The notes under the pieces are model-generated. The model saw only the letters and a program-made list of their open reading frames with translations. It was not told where the DNA came from and searched no databases. A program made the translations under genes and the position numbers. Shown one piece after another: positions 32,741 to 41,523 of a stretch of DNA of 64,000 bases. Numbering within the stretch: position 1 is the first letter of the stretch; every line of letters begins with the position of its first letter. The DNA comes from an uncultured Acidobacteriota bacterium (lineage in GTDB: Bacteria; Acidobacteriota; Thermoanaerobaculia; UBA5066; DATFVB01), in the NCBI GenBank assembly GCA_963813155.1, contig CAWEYG010000001.1, positions 576,001 through 640,000 of the forward strand. Direction: 5' to 3'.

Positions 32741-33450
32741 GGGTTCGGCTGCTCGCAGCGGTAGGCAACACCAAGGAGCTTATTCTCCTCGCGTTGTGTC
32801 ACCAGGACGACGTTCGCGCCGAGGCAGCCACCCATTAGCGAAAACAGCGAATCACGGCCCGCGTATTTGATCCACCTGTTTCGGCACTTGTATGGCTGGC
32901 CTTCGTCGATTTCGCCCAGAATTTCGAGGTCATCGACCTTTTCGCACGTTCGGACGAGCGTTCGCTCGTTCGTCAAGCGGGCCCGTGGGAATTCGGCAGC
33001 CTGGCCAAGCGGAACTACTTCGCCGCGATAGATGGCGATTGTAGCTGCGATGTCATCTTTCAGACCGATCATGGACTCAGCCATGAGCCCGGCCTCTCCT
33101 TCTGCTATGTCATGGCCGACTTCTGGCGACATTCCGTGGCCAACTTCTTCGGCGCCTTTCGCCGCAGCAGTCGCTCTGGTAACGAACTCTCGTTCGATTT
33201 CAGTGGTGGCAAGCTCAGCGGACACTGCTGCCTCGACCTTCGCATCCGTCGCCATCTTCTGGAAGTCGAAGACGCGGACGTTTTTGTCCGACAGCGCAAC
33301 GTTCAGTGTCACAACCGCGCGGTAAAGCCTCGCGAATTTCTCCTGATTCGGTCTGGGTCGCGCTTTTGGCTGGGGCCGAGGTCGCGCGCCCGTCGTTGCT
33401 GCCGATGCTGGAAAACAGGCGATGAGACAGGCAAGGAAAATAGTTTTCAC
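32737..33450 (-). CDS. Secreted hypothetical protein
   Basis: GTG 33450 with GAGGTG SD; VKTIFLACLIACFPASA signal peptide; ATGA overlap with the next gene. Confidence 0.65.
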   Translation of the reverse strand: MKTIFLACLIACFPASAATTGARPRPQPKARPRPNQEKFARLYRAVVTLNVALSDKNVRVFDFQKMATDAKVEAAVSAELATTEIEREFVTRATAAAKGAEEVGHGMSPEVGHDIAEGEAGLMAESMIGLKDDIAATIAIYRGEVVPLGQAAEFPRARLTNERTLVRTCEKVDDLEILGEIDEGQPYKCRNRWIKYAGRDSLFSLMGGCLGANVVLVTQREENKLLGVAYRCEQPNP

Positions 33451-33527
33451 GGCGCACCTCGGTTTGATTCGTTCGATTCTACTACCCTTGAACTCTCCCT
33501 GACTTCTCACCCGCACGGGAGGCCCGA

Positions 33528-33556
33528 TTGACAGAATAACCGAAACAGTTTAGATT
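33528..33556 (+). promoter_or_regulatory. Sigma70 promoter for a leaderless gene, with an imperfect palindrome in the spacer
   Basis: TTGACA-17-TAGATT; ATG 7 nt downstream; AACCGAAACAGTT at 33538-33550. Confidence 0.75.
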
Positions 33557-33563
33557 TATACTC

Positions 33564-33758
33564 ATGAGCATTGAAACAGGACGGCCGAACGCGGAAGAGC
33601 GGCGGGCCTTCGCGGCTTGGCTCGGCCGGAAGAGCTATTCGGCCCGCGTTGAGCGATTCGGAATCGAGCGCATCCGAGAGATCGCTCGCGAAAACGGGAA
33701 GAAGGGCGGCCGGCCGCGGAAGGTTGAAGAGGCGCGGCAGCTCGCCCTGAGAACCTAA
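33564..33758 (+). CDS. Small basic protein with an ENGKKGGRPRK motif (putative DNA-binding)
   Basis: 64 aa with its own consensus promoter and a GRP/AT-hook-like motif. Confidence 0.7.
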   Translation: MSIETGRPNAEERRAFAAWLGRKSYSARVERFGIERIREIARENGKKGGRPRKVEEARQLALRT

Positions 33759-33967
33759 AGATCCTCGGGCTTCAAACCCGTCTTCTTTCCGATGAGCGCC
33801 ATCATTTGCGGTCGGATTTCGTCCGCATCATGGAACCAGAAGACAAAGTCGGGCCACCCCTCGCGCGAAAGCGTGCGATGTGAGCCGGCGCTCCTCTTGA
33901 CGGCCCATCCGATTCGGAGAAGCGCAGCAAGCGCTCGCCGGCTCTTCGCGGCCGGCCAAGCACTCAA
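33755..33967 (-). CDS. hicA: HicA-family toxin
   Basis: LLRIGW...RSAGSHRTL...FHDADEI...KKTGL; TTGA overlap with the hicB stop. Confidence 0.88.
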   Translation of the reverse strand: MSAWPAAKSRRALAALLRIGWAVKRSAGSHRTLSREGWPDFVFWFHDADEIRPQMMALIGKKTGLKPEDL

Positions 33968-34182
33968 GCCGCCGCCGTCGGCGAACTGAACGTGACGTTG
34001 AGGTCTTCGGAAACCGCCTCTCCGTGTTCGAGGCGGTCGGCGAGAACGCGAAGGGCGAGAGCCTCCGCTTTCGCCATGGCTTCCTGGCGGCTGGATCCAT
34101 AGACGAGGCATCCGGGGATTTCGGGAACGTCGGCGATCCAGCGGCCGTCGTCTTCACGTGAAAACTCGATCGAGAGTTTCAT
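33964..34182 (-). CDS. hicB: HicB-family antitoxin (short, no DNA-binding domain)
   Basis: EDDGRWIADVPEIPGCLVYGSSRQEA. Confidence 0.9.
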   Translation of the reverse strand: MKLSIEFSREDDGRWIADVPEIPGCLVYGSSRQEAMAKAEALALRVLADRLEHGEAVSEDLNVTFSSPTAAA

Positions 34183-34210
34183 GGCAAGCCGGGCCTTCCC
34201 CCGCGAGGTT

Positions 34211-34285
34211 TGGTAGCCCCAACGGGAATCGAACCCGTGCTTTAGCCTTGAGAGGGCTACGTCCTAACCGCTAGACGATGGGGCC
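34211..34285 (-). tRNA. tRNA-Glu(CTC)
   Basis: GGCCCCATCGTCTAGCGGTTAGGACGTAGCCCTCTCAAGGCTAAAGCACGGGTTCGATTCCCGTTGGGGCTACCA; cloverleaf, anticodon CTC, encoded CCA. Confidence 0.97.
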
Positions 34286-34620
34286 ACGTCGCGGAAGCGC
34301 GGAATATAGCACAGGGAAATCGAACCTCCACGAGCCCGCGGCCGCGTCGGGCGGTAGGGGCCTCATTCCTGCGGCAATCGGTTTCCGCAGTTGGGGCACC
34401 GCGACGGGCCCCGGTCCTTCGCGCTGATTTTCCTCTTCCATGGGCAGCGGGTGCATCGAAGCGAGATCGTGGATTCCATGTTCTCCTCCTTCGTTTCTCG
34501 GAAGGAGGGAACAGCAACACGCGATCCAGGGGTTAAGTCCTTGTTTTTCCGACTCTCCGCCCGTCCCGGTCCGGATCCCGGAGAACGCGTCTGGAATCCG
34601 GACGTTCCAGCCGCGTTGGG

Positions 34621-35870
34621 TCAGAGCTTCCAGGGCGTCGAGAAATGCGCCACGAAAGCGATACGCTCGTAACCGACGACCCACACGTGCAGGAGGCCCG
34701 GCTCGCCCGACTTCGCGCCACAGGTAGATCCCGTCCATTCCGGCGAGGTGGTTGTCGACGAGGTTCCCCTTCGAGTCGAGAAGAAAGAGGTACCGCGGGC
34801 GGTCCTCGGACAGCTCCGCCGCTCTCTCTGCCTCGGTCGCATGAATGATCGGAGTTCCGATTCCCGAAACGATCTTGAGCACGTCCGATTCGGCGGAAGG
34901 AACGCTCGATCGGGCCGCGAGCGAGGCGAGCCGCGAATCGGCGAAGAGAATCCGGTAGCCGTTCGCGAACGCGATTTCGATCTCGGGGAAAGGCTCCCCT
35001 CCTCCGGGCACCCGGACGGTTCGCGACGTCATTCCGGCGGGGTGCGCGAGCCACGACAGCTCGCACTTCATCGGGTCCTTCGGGTTGTAGAAGCCCGGCT
35101 CGGAGAAGCGGGCCGTCGCAATCGGCTGGTTCGCGGCCGCCGAGAAGTCGCCGTAGTTCGCGACCGCGGGAGTCAGGATGAGTTTTCGTTTGCCGATCTG
35201 CTCGGGAAGGCCCTGGAGCGCGTCGCGAAGATGGAGGTCCGCGAGATCCCAGCTTCGTTTCCTTCTCCACGCGCCGAAGGTCGGCCAGGGGAACGGGCAG
35301 GCCCTCCATTTTCGGATAGCTCGCCAGGAGCGGCTCCACCCCGGCGAACGGCACGGAGTTGACCTCGCCGAACAGGCGGGCGTATTCCGGCTTCGGGAAA
35401 TCGAGCCAGGCGTGGAAAACGGGCACCGTCTTCCCGCCCGATTTCTGCGCGAGCTTGATCTCCCAGAGGCCTTCGCGAAGGCAGTTGTTCGCGAGGCTGA
35501 AATCGAGGCCTCCGGGAAGATCGTGATGCACTTCGTTTCGGTTGAATTCCCGCTGGATGAGCGCGATCTGCGCGAGCGGCGCCGAGCCCCGCGCGGTTTC
35601 GGCACCCGCGGGACGAGGAGGCGAAGATCGACGGCGGGAAGCTCCAGTCCGGCCTCCGGGGGAAGCAGGCGAACGCCGTACGATCCGTTGGGAAGGCGGG
35701 TCAACTCGATCGACTGGAACGCGCGAACGGGCGCTTCGGGCGACGGGGCGATTTTCTCCGCGACGAGCGGCAGGGAAATCGGCGCCTCCTGCGGCCGGCG
35801 AGGCAGCACAGAGAAGCGGCGCAAATAGAACGGCGGCCAGCGCGAGAGAGCGAGAGACTCGGTGTTTCAT
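34621..35870 (-). CDS. Secreted hypothetical protein broken by several indels
   Basis: Signal peptide at 35870. Protein-like segments alternate between frames (QREFNRNEV...ANNCLREGLWE; DNHLAGMDGIYL; YERIAFVAHF). Confidence 0.6.
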
Positions 35871-35923
35871 CGGAAAAATCTAACACGGGGACGTGAAGTT
35901 CGCATCTTCGGAATCCTGCGCCC

Positions 35924-35950
35924 AAAAAAACAGGCGCCCGTGAGGGCGCC
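35924..35950 (-). terminator. Intrinsic terminator after the pilin-like gene
   Basis: GGCGCCC-tcac-GGGCGCC followed by TGTTTTTTT on the minus strand. Confidence 0.8.
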
Positions 35951-35982
35951 GAAGCTTCGCAGGAAAATTGAATTTGTAAGGC

Positions 35983-36495
35983 TTAGTGCTGAGGCCCGTC
36001 GGGATAGGCGATGAAAGTCCCGTTCGAGTAGACGATGTCCGCATTGAAATCGGTCGTCGTTCCGCAGTTCGCTCCGCCGGAGGACGGCAGCTCTGGGTCC
36101 GCCGCACCGTCGCGACCCGTCGACGCGATCGTGTACGACTGACCGGCCGAGTCGCGCCCGTACAGCATCGGCTTCTGCCAGCCGTCCTGGAACGGCGGCT
36201 GGGCAATGTAGGTCGGCTTCAGAAGCGTGAACGACCCGGACGCGACCGCTGTGCCGGCCGGAAACGTCGGGCAGCTCGTCGCGGTCGGGTACTGGTTGTT
36301 GTCGACGTTGTACGACTCGATCGCGATCGCGAGGTTGCGGATGTCGGACATCGTCCGCTTCTGCTTGCCGCGCTGGAGAGCGTTGAGAAGATTCGGGATC
36401 GCGATGGCGGCCAGGATGCCGATGATCGCAATCACGATGAGCAGCTCGATCAGGGTGAAACCGGACGACCTTCGTCGGAGTGAGAGTCTAGTCAT
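35983..36495 (-). CDS. Type IV pilin / GspG-like pseudopilin
   Basis: Prepilin motif G|FTLIELLIVIAIIGILAAIAIP; DGWQKP...STGRDG. Confidence 0.9.
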   Translation of the reverse strand: MTRLSLRRRSSGFTLIELLIVIAIIGILAAIAIPNLLNALQRGKQKRTMSDIRNLAIAIESYNVDNNQYPTATSCPTFPAGTAVASGSFTLLKPTYIAQPPFQDGWQKPMLYGRDSAGQSYTIASTGRDGAADPELPSSGGANCGTTTDFNADIVYSNGTFIAYPDGPQH

Positions 36496-36704
36496 TTTTG
36501 AACTCCTTCGGGAGCAAAGGAGCAAGAAACGGGCCGTGCCAGTCCCTCTATAAGAATCATGAGGTTCCGCCTCCCCCTCGCTCGCCAGCAGCCAATTACC
36601 GGCCGATGCCGACGCCGGCAGAACCAAAATACGTCATCTCAGTGACGATATGAAATTCACGAAAATTATGTCGTATTTGGAGCGCATCCGCTAGAATCCC
36701 GCGG

Positions 36705-37028
36705 ATGAGGAAACACGACGACGGCCAGAATCGCGGTTGGCGGTTTCTCTCGAATCCTGCCCGCGTTTTGATCTGTCTCGCGAAAGACTCCACTCTCTCG
36801 ATGCGCGAGATGGCGCTCGAACTGGAGATAACCGAGCGCGCCGTCCAGAGGATCGTGAACGGCCTCGCGGCAGCCCGGTACCTGAAAAAGACCCGCCAGG
36901 GGCGCCGGAATCATTACGAAATCGACAACCGGCTCCCGATTCGCCACCTGCTGGCCCTCGAACGCGAAGCGCGGAAGCCGTCCGTCTCGGCGCTGACCCG
37001 GAAACCGCGGCGCTCGAAACTCCGGTGA
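36705..37028 (+). CDS. Winged-helix DNA-binding protein
   Basis: WRFLSNPARVL...REMALELEITERAVQRIV...GRRNHY. Confidence 0.85.
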   Translation: MRKHDDGQNRGWRFLSNPARVLICLAKDSTLSMREMALELEITERAVQRIVNGLAAARYLKKTRQGRRNHYEIDNRLPIRHLLALEREARKPSVSALTRKPRRSKLR

Positions 37029-37051
37029 ATTTTCTCGCGTAGGATTCCGGG

Positions 37052-38389
37052 GTGAAATCTCGCAACCCGGCGCCGCGGCGCGCGCTCACCGCCGTGCCCC
37101 TGGCGGCGGCCGCCTACTTCATGGTGTCCGGAGGACCGTATGGTCTCGAGGAGATCGTGCAGAAGACGGGCTATCGCGGAGCCATCGCCATCCTCCTGCT
37201 CGTCCCGCTCGTTTGGAGCCTTCCGGCGGCGCTGATGGTCGCGGAGCTTTCCAGCTCGCTCCCGGAGGAAGGGGGCTACTACGCGTGGGTGCGGCGCGCG
37301 CTCGGACCGTTCTGGGGATTCCAGGAAGCCTGGCTCTCGCTCGTGGCGAGCGTCTTCGACATGGCGATCTATCCAACGCTGTTCGTTCTCTACATGACGC
37401 ATTTCTTTCCGGCGATCCGCGGCGCCGGCCCCGAGTTCGCACTCGGCGCGGCGATGATCGCGCTGTGCACCGCGTGGAACCTCCTCGGGGCCCGTTCGGT
37501 CGGCAACTCTTCGGTCGTCCTGGGCGTCGCGCTGCTCGCGCCGTTCGCCGCGATCTGCGCGCTCGGCTTCCTGCGCCCCGTCGCCCCGCACCCCGCGCCG
37601 CTCGCCGCAAGGCCGGAGGTTCTCGGCGGGGTTCTCATCGCGCTCTGGAACTACATGGGGTGGGACAACGCGTCGACCGTCGCGGGAGAAGTGGAGCGGC
37701 CGCAGCGCGCGTACCCCGCCGCGATCCTCGGGACGATGCTCCTGGTCGTCGTCACGTACGTCCTTCCGGTCGCGGCGGCGGCCTCCGCCGGCATCGATCC
37801 GAGCCGCTGGACGACCGGCTCGTGGACCGAAGTCGCGTCGGAGCTCGGCGGGACCGCGCTCGCGGGAGCGGTCGTCGCGGGCGGCGCCGTGTGCGCCTTC
37901 GGAATGTTCAACGCCCTGGTTCTTTCCTATTCTCGCGTTCCCGCGGCGCTCGCCGACGACGGCCTTCTGCCCCGAGTCCTCGCGTATCGGTCGCGCCGCA
38001 CGTCCGCGCCCGTCGTCTCCATCGTCGCATGCGCGGTCTGCTGGACGGTGGGCCTCACGCTGGGGTTCGACCGCCTGATCGAGCTCGACGTCCTTCTCTA
38101 CGGGGGCAGCCTCCTGCTCGAGTTCGTCGCCCTCGCGCGGCTCCGCGTTCGCGAGCCCGGCCTTCGGCGGCCCTTTCGCGTTCCGGGAGGCCTCGCGGGA
38201 ACCGTGCTGCTCGCCCTCGGGCCCCTGGCGCTGCTCTCTGTCGCGCTCGTTCAGAACCGCGGAGAGCGGATCGGGCCCATTGGAGCGCTCACGTTCGGTG
38301 CCGCTCTCGCGCTCCTCGGGCCGATTCTCTATTTCGCCATGCTGCGCGGAAGGAAGCGGCCGCGCGAAACGGGACCGCCGGGCAGCTGA
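37052..38389 (+). CDS. APC-family amino acid/polyamine permease
   Basis: VSGGPYGLE, ELSSSLPEEGGYYAWV, WNYMGWD; about 12 TM helices. Confidence 0.92.
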   Translation: MKSRNPAPRRALTAVPLAAAAYFMVSGGPYGLEEIVQKTGYRGAIAILLLVPLVWSLPAALMVAELSSSLPEEGGYYAWVRRALGPFWGFQEAWLSLVASVFDMAIYPTLFVLYMTHFFPAIRGAGPEFALGAAMIALCTAWNLLGARSVGNSSVVLGVALLAPFAAICALGFLRPVAPHPAPLAARPEVLGGVLIALWNYMGWDNASTVAGEVERPQRAYPAAILGTMLLVVVTYVLPVAAAASAGIDPSRWTTGSWTEVASELGGTALAGAVVAGGAVCAFGMFNALVLSYSRVPAALADDGLLPRVLAYRSRRTSAPVVSIVACAVCWTVGLTLGFDRLIELDVLLYGGSLLLEFVALARLRVREPGLRRPFRVPGGLAGTVLLALGPLALLSVALVQNRGERIGPIGALTFGAALALLGPILYFAMLRGRKRPRETGPPGS

Positions 38390-38393
38390 GGCC

Positions 38394-38888
38394 TCAGCCG
38401 GGCGGAGGAGAGTATTTCCGGCGGTCCTTCCCTTCTTCCGGAGCAAACACGTCGTGGCAGGACTGGCAGGTCCCGTAGATCGACAGGATCCGGCTGGAGA
38501 CGGCCGTCCGGTCCGAGAGTTTCGGCAGGTCGGAAGAAAAGCCCGTCACTTTCTTCTCGAGATCGCCCATCCTCGTCTTGAAATCGTCGAGCGAACCGTT
38601 CTTCGTCGGGGGCGGATACCGGTCGATTTCGCGGGCGAGCGCGGACATGTACTCGAGCGCGAGCCGCATGTTCGCAACGTCGTTCTGGCGGAATGCGGAC
38701 CAGAGCGCCTTGTAATTGGGCATCATCCCGTCGCCCATCAGGTGCTTGAGCTTGTAGTAATCGCGCTCCGGAGGGACGGGCGAATACGTCTTCCCCGCGG
38801 AATCGGCTTGAAGCGCGGGGACCCAGACGGAGCCGGCTCCGGCCAGCAGGACCCCCGCAATCGCGATGCCGAGGCCTCGAACTCTCAT
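38394..38888 (-). CDS. Class II (cytochrome c'-like) periplasmic cytochrome c
   Basis: Signal peptide, helical body and C-terminal CQSCH. Confidence 0.8.
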   Translation of the reverse strand: MRVRGLGIAIAGVLLAGAGSVWVPALQADSAGKTYSPVPPERDYYKLKHLMGDGMMPNYKALWSAFRQNDVANMRLALEYMSALAREIDRYPPPTKNGSLDDFKTRMGDLEKKVTGFSSDLPKLSDRTAVSSRILSIYGTCQSCHDVFAPEEGKDRRKYSPPPG

Positions 38889-38951
38889 CGGACAAAAGAC
38901 TAGCGTTTGGGCCGGGGTTTCGAGCGTCCGAAAGGATTTCTTAATGGAGAG

Positions 38952-40043
38952 TCAGACGCCGCTCCGGGGCGCCCGGAGCCATTCCCGGTGATGGGTTTCG
39001 AGCACGTCCTCGCAGAATCCGAGCTCCCGGAAGATCGCCTCCGCCCCGCTGGCCTTCTGGAGCCGGCCCGAGAGCTCGGAAAGGGCATGGTGCGCCCCCG
39101 CGAGACGCGCCCGATCGGACGCAAATCCGGACTCGTCGCGGAAAAGCCGTAGTGCCATTGCGAGAGCGGGCAGAACCACCGCGACGACCGCGGCGATGGC
39201 GCTCCAGATCGCGCGAGGAACCCGCGGGACCGAGGCGAGGCCGACGAAAGGCAGGTCGAGGAAGAGGTGCGCGGCCACCAGGGCCACGGCCGCGAAGAAC
39301 AGGGCCGACGACAGTCGAACGACACCGTCCCGGGCCGGCAATCGGCCGATCGCGCGGCCGAGCTCGTCGAGCCGGGGGTCGAGACGCCGCTCCTGGTAGT
39401 AGTCGACGAGGGTGTGGACGGTATGCGTGTCGATTCCGCTCCCGACCGGCAGGGTCGGAGCGAACGCAACGGTGTCCCGGGAGGCCCAGTCGGCGAGCCG
39501 GTCGGCCGTCAGCGTCTGAATCTCTCCCGCGTCCCGCCGGAAACGTTCGCGGCGATCCTCGGACTCGCTTCCCCGGCGCGTCCAGAGGGCCGGATCGACG
39601 AGAAAACGATACTTGAGAAGGCGGCACCGCTCGGCTCGGTGAAGCTCCAGCACGGACTTCCGAGACGCTCCGGAGGCGGCATTCCACCCGCCGGCGCCGA
39701 GCGCGAGAGCCGCCGCGGCGGCTTCGGCGATGCGGATCGCGTTCGTCGCCGCGGCGGAGGGAGCGGGCATCCACGAGGCAAGGGAAATCTGCAGGGCGAG
39801 CAGGGCGAGGGCCGCGAATCCCGCTCCGACGGACCAGAGCGTCAGACTCCGAAGGCGGGATGCGAGCCTCGAAGCTTCCTGCGACGAGCGCTCATGGATG
39901 GGAAGCAGGAGCTCCCGCGACATCGCGAGAGCGTCGTGCAGCGGGTACGAAGAAGCCAGGGCCTCCGGCGGATCGTCCACGTCGGAGCGATCGCTTCGGG
40001 GCGGCACGGAATTTTCCGGACGTTCGCGCTCCGCAGCCGTCAT
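38952..40043 (-). CDS. Membrane protein resembling tandem SLATT/DUF4231 2TM domains
   Basis: Two TM hairpins, followed by HRAERCRLLKYRFL and a terminal EDVLETHHREW. Confidence 0.6.
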   Translation of the reverse strand: MTAAERERPENSVPPRSDRSDVDDPPEALASSYPLHDALAMSRELLLPIHERSSQEASRLASRLRSLTLWSVGAGFAALALLALQISLASWMPAPSAAATNAIRIAEAAAAALALGAGGWNAASGASRKSVLELHRAERCRLLKYRFLVDPALWTRRGSESEDRRERFRRDAGEIQTLTADRLADWASRDTVAFAPTLPVGSGIDTHTVHTLVDYYQERRLDPRLDELGRAIGRLPARDGVVRLSSALFFAAVALVAAHLFLDLPFVGLASVPRVPRAIWSAIAAVVAVVLPALAMALRLFRDESGFASDRARLAGAHHALSELSGRLQKASGAEAIFRELGFCEDVLETHHREWLRAPRSGV

Positions 40044-40126
40044 GAAAGCCCTCCTCGCAAAGCCCGAGTTTTCTTCTTGAGGAGGCAAAGCTATCGCAAA
40101 GAACCGCCGCGCTCAAGGACGCCGCT

Positions 40127-40855
40127 TCAGCCGATCAGCGGCAGCTCCACGAAGAAACGGCTCCCCTGGCCGAGCTTGCTTTCGACCCGAACCTGTCCCT
40201 TGTGCGCTTCGACGATCCAGCGGACGATCGACAGGCCGAGCCCGGAGCCTCCGCGGTAGGCGCGGCGCGCGCGGTCCGAACGGAAGAAGCGGTCGAAGAC
40301 GTAAGGCATGTCTTTCTCGTCAATTCCCACTCCCGTGTCCTCGACGACGACGACAGCGTTTCCGTCCGAGACCTCGACGCGAACCGCGACGTGGCCCTTC
40401 TCCGTGTAGCGAATCGCGTTCTCGAGCAGGTTGTGGAGCACTTCCTTCAGCCTGTTCTTGTCGCAGAGGACCTCGGCGCGGGGAACGGCGGCGGAAAACT
40501 CCATGCCGAGGCTCTTCTCCGCGGCGGACGCCTCGAACTCGCCCGCGATCGTCTCCGCGAACCGGCAGAGATCGACCCGCGAAAGGGACATCGTGACGCG
40601 CCCCGACGTGCCGCGCGACAGGAAGAGGAGGTTCTCCGAGATGCGGATCAGGTGCTGGATTTCCACGAGCGCCTCCGAAAGAGCCTGCCGGTACTCGTCG
40701 GCGGAACGCTCCCCTTCGATCGCGACTTCGATCCCCCCGCGAAGAATCGTCAGGGGCGTGCGAAGCTCGTGGGACACGTCGGCGATGAACTGGGCCTGCT
40801 CGAGCTCGCGCCGATCGAGCTCGGCGAGCCGCTCCTCGATCGGTTCTTCGCTCAC
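40127..40855 (-). CDS. Histidine kinase with no sensor or TM domain
   Basis: FIADVSHELRTP about 25 aa from the start; NLLENAIRY, DTGVG, GSGLGL. GTGA overlap with the regulator stop. Confidence 0.88.
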   Translation of the reverse strand: MSEEPIEERLAELDRRELEQAQFIADVSHELRTPLTILRGGIEVAIEGERSADEYRQALSEALVEIQHLIRISENLLFLSRGTSGRVTMSLSRVDLCRFAETIAGEFEASAAEKSLGMEFSAAVPRAEVLCDKNRLKEVLHNLLENAIRYTEKGHVAVRVEVSDGNAVVVVEDTGVGIDEKDMPYVFDRFFRSDRARRAYRGGSGLGLSIVRWIVEAHKGQVRVESKLGQGSRFFVELPLIG

Positions 40856-41523
40856 TCGCCCACCGAGTAGCCGACGCCCCGGACCGTGCGGATCCGTCCT
40901 TTGGCCGGGCCGTCGATCTTCTTCCGGATCGAGTTGATGTACACGTCGATGATGTTCGTCGAAAGGTCCGACGTGTCTTCCCAGACTCGCGCGGCGATCT
41001 CCGCACGCGACACGACTTTTCCCTTCCGCCGGAGGAGAAGCTCCAGGATCGCGCCCTCGCGCACCGTGAGCTCCATCGTCGCCTCCCCGATGCGGGCGAT
41101 TCGCGACGCGGGGTCGTAGGTCATCCCCTCGCACTCGAGGGGACCCGCATCCTTCGGCTCGCTGCGCCGCGTCAGCGCCCGCAGCCGTGCAAGCAGCTCC
41201 CGGTACGAAAAGGGCTTGACGAGATAGTCGTCCGCGCCGGCATCGAGGCCTTCGATCTTGTTCTCGACGGAGTCGCGCGCCGTGAGCATCAGGATTTTGG
41301 CCGAGACGCCGCGGCGGCGCATCTGGCGGCAGAGCTCGAGCCCGTCGTACGTTCCCGGCAGGAGCAAATCCAGGATCACCAGGTCGAACGGATCGGCGAG
41401 GGCCTTCTCGAGAGCCGCGTCGCTGCTGTTCGCGACGTCGACGCCATAGCCTTTCTCCGTCAGTCCTTTCTTCAGGAAATCGGAGATCTTTTTCTCATCT
41501 TCCACCAAGAGGATCTTCGTCAT
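40852..41523 (-). CDS. OmpR-family response regulator (CusR/CzcR-like)
   Basis: LLVEDE, LTARD, GADDYLVKPF, TVRGVGY. Confidence 0.95.
   Translation of the reverse strand: MTKILLVEDEKKISDFLKKGLTEKGYGVDVANSSDAALEKALADPFDLVILDLLLPGTYDGLELCRQMRRRGVSAKILMLTARDSVENKIEGLDAGADDYLVKPFSYRELLARLRALTRRSEPKDAGPLECEGMTYDPASRIARIGEATMELTVREGAILELLLRRKGKVVSRAEIAARVWEDTSDLSTNIIDVYINSIRKKIDGPAKGRIRTVRGVGYSVGE

Larger units (their letters stand above)
29212..34238. mobile_element. tRNA-Glu-anchored genomic islet with no visible integrase
   Basis: Flanking tRNA 3' direct repeat, visibly lower GC than the flanks, hicBA and phage-type accessory ORFs. Confidence 0.8.

Noticed and set aside
36520-36545. Sigma54 promoter upstream of the pilin (TGGCACG)
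   Set aside because: The -12 TTGC is not at the required distance (TGGCACG-GCCC-GTTTC).
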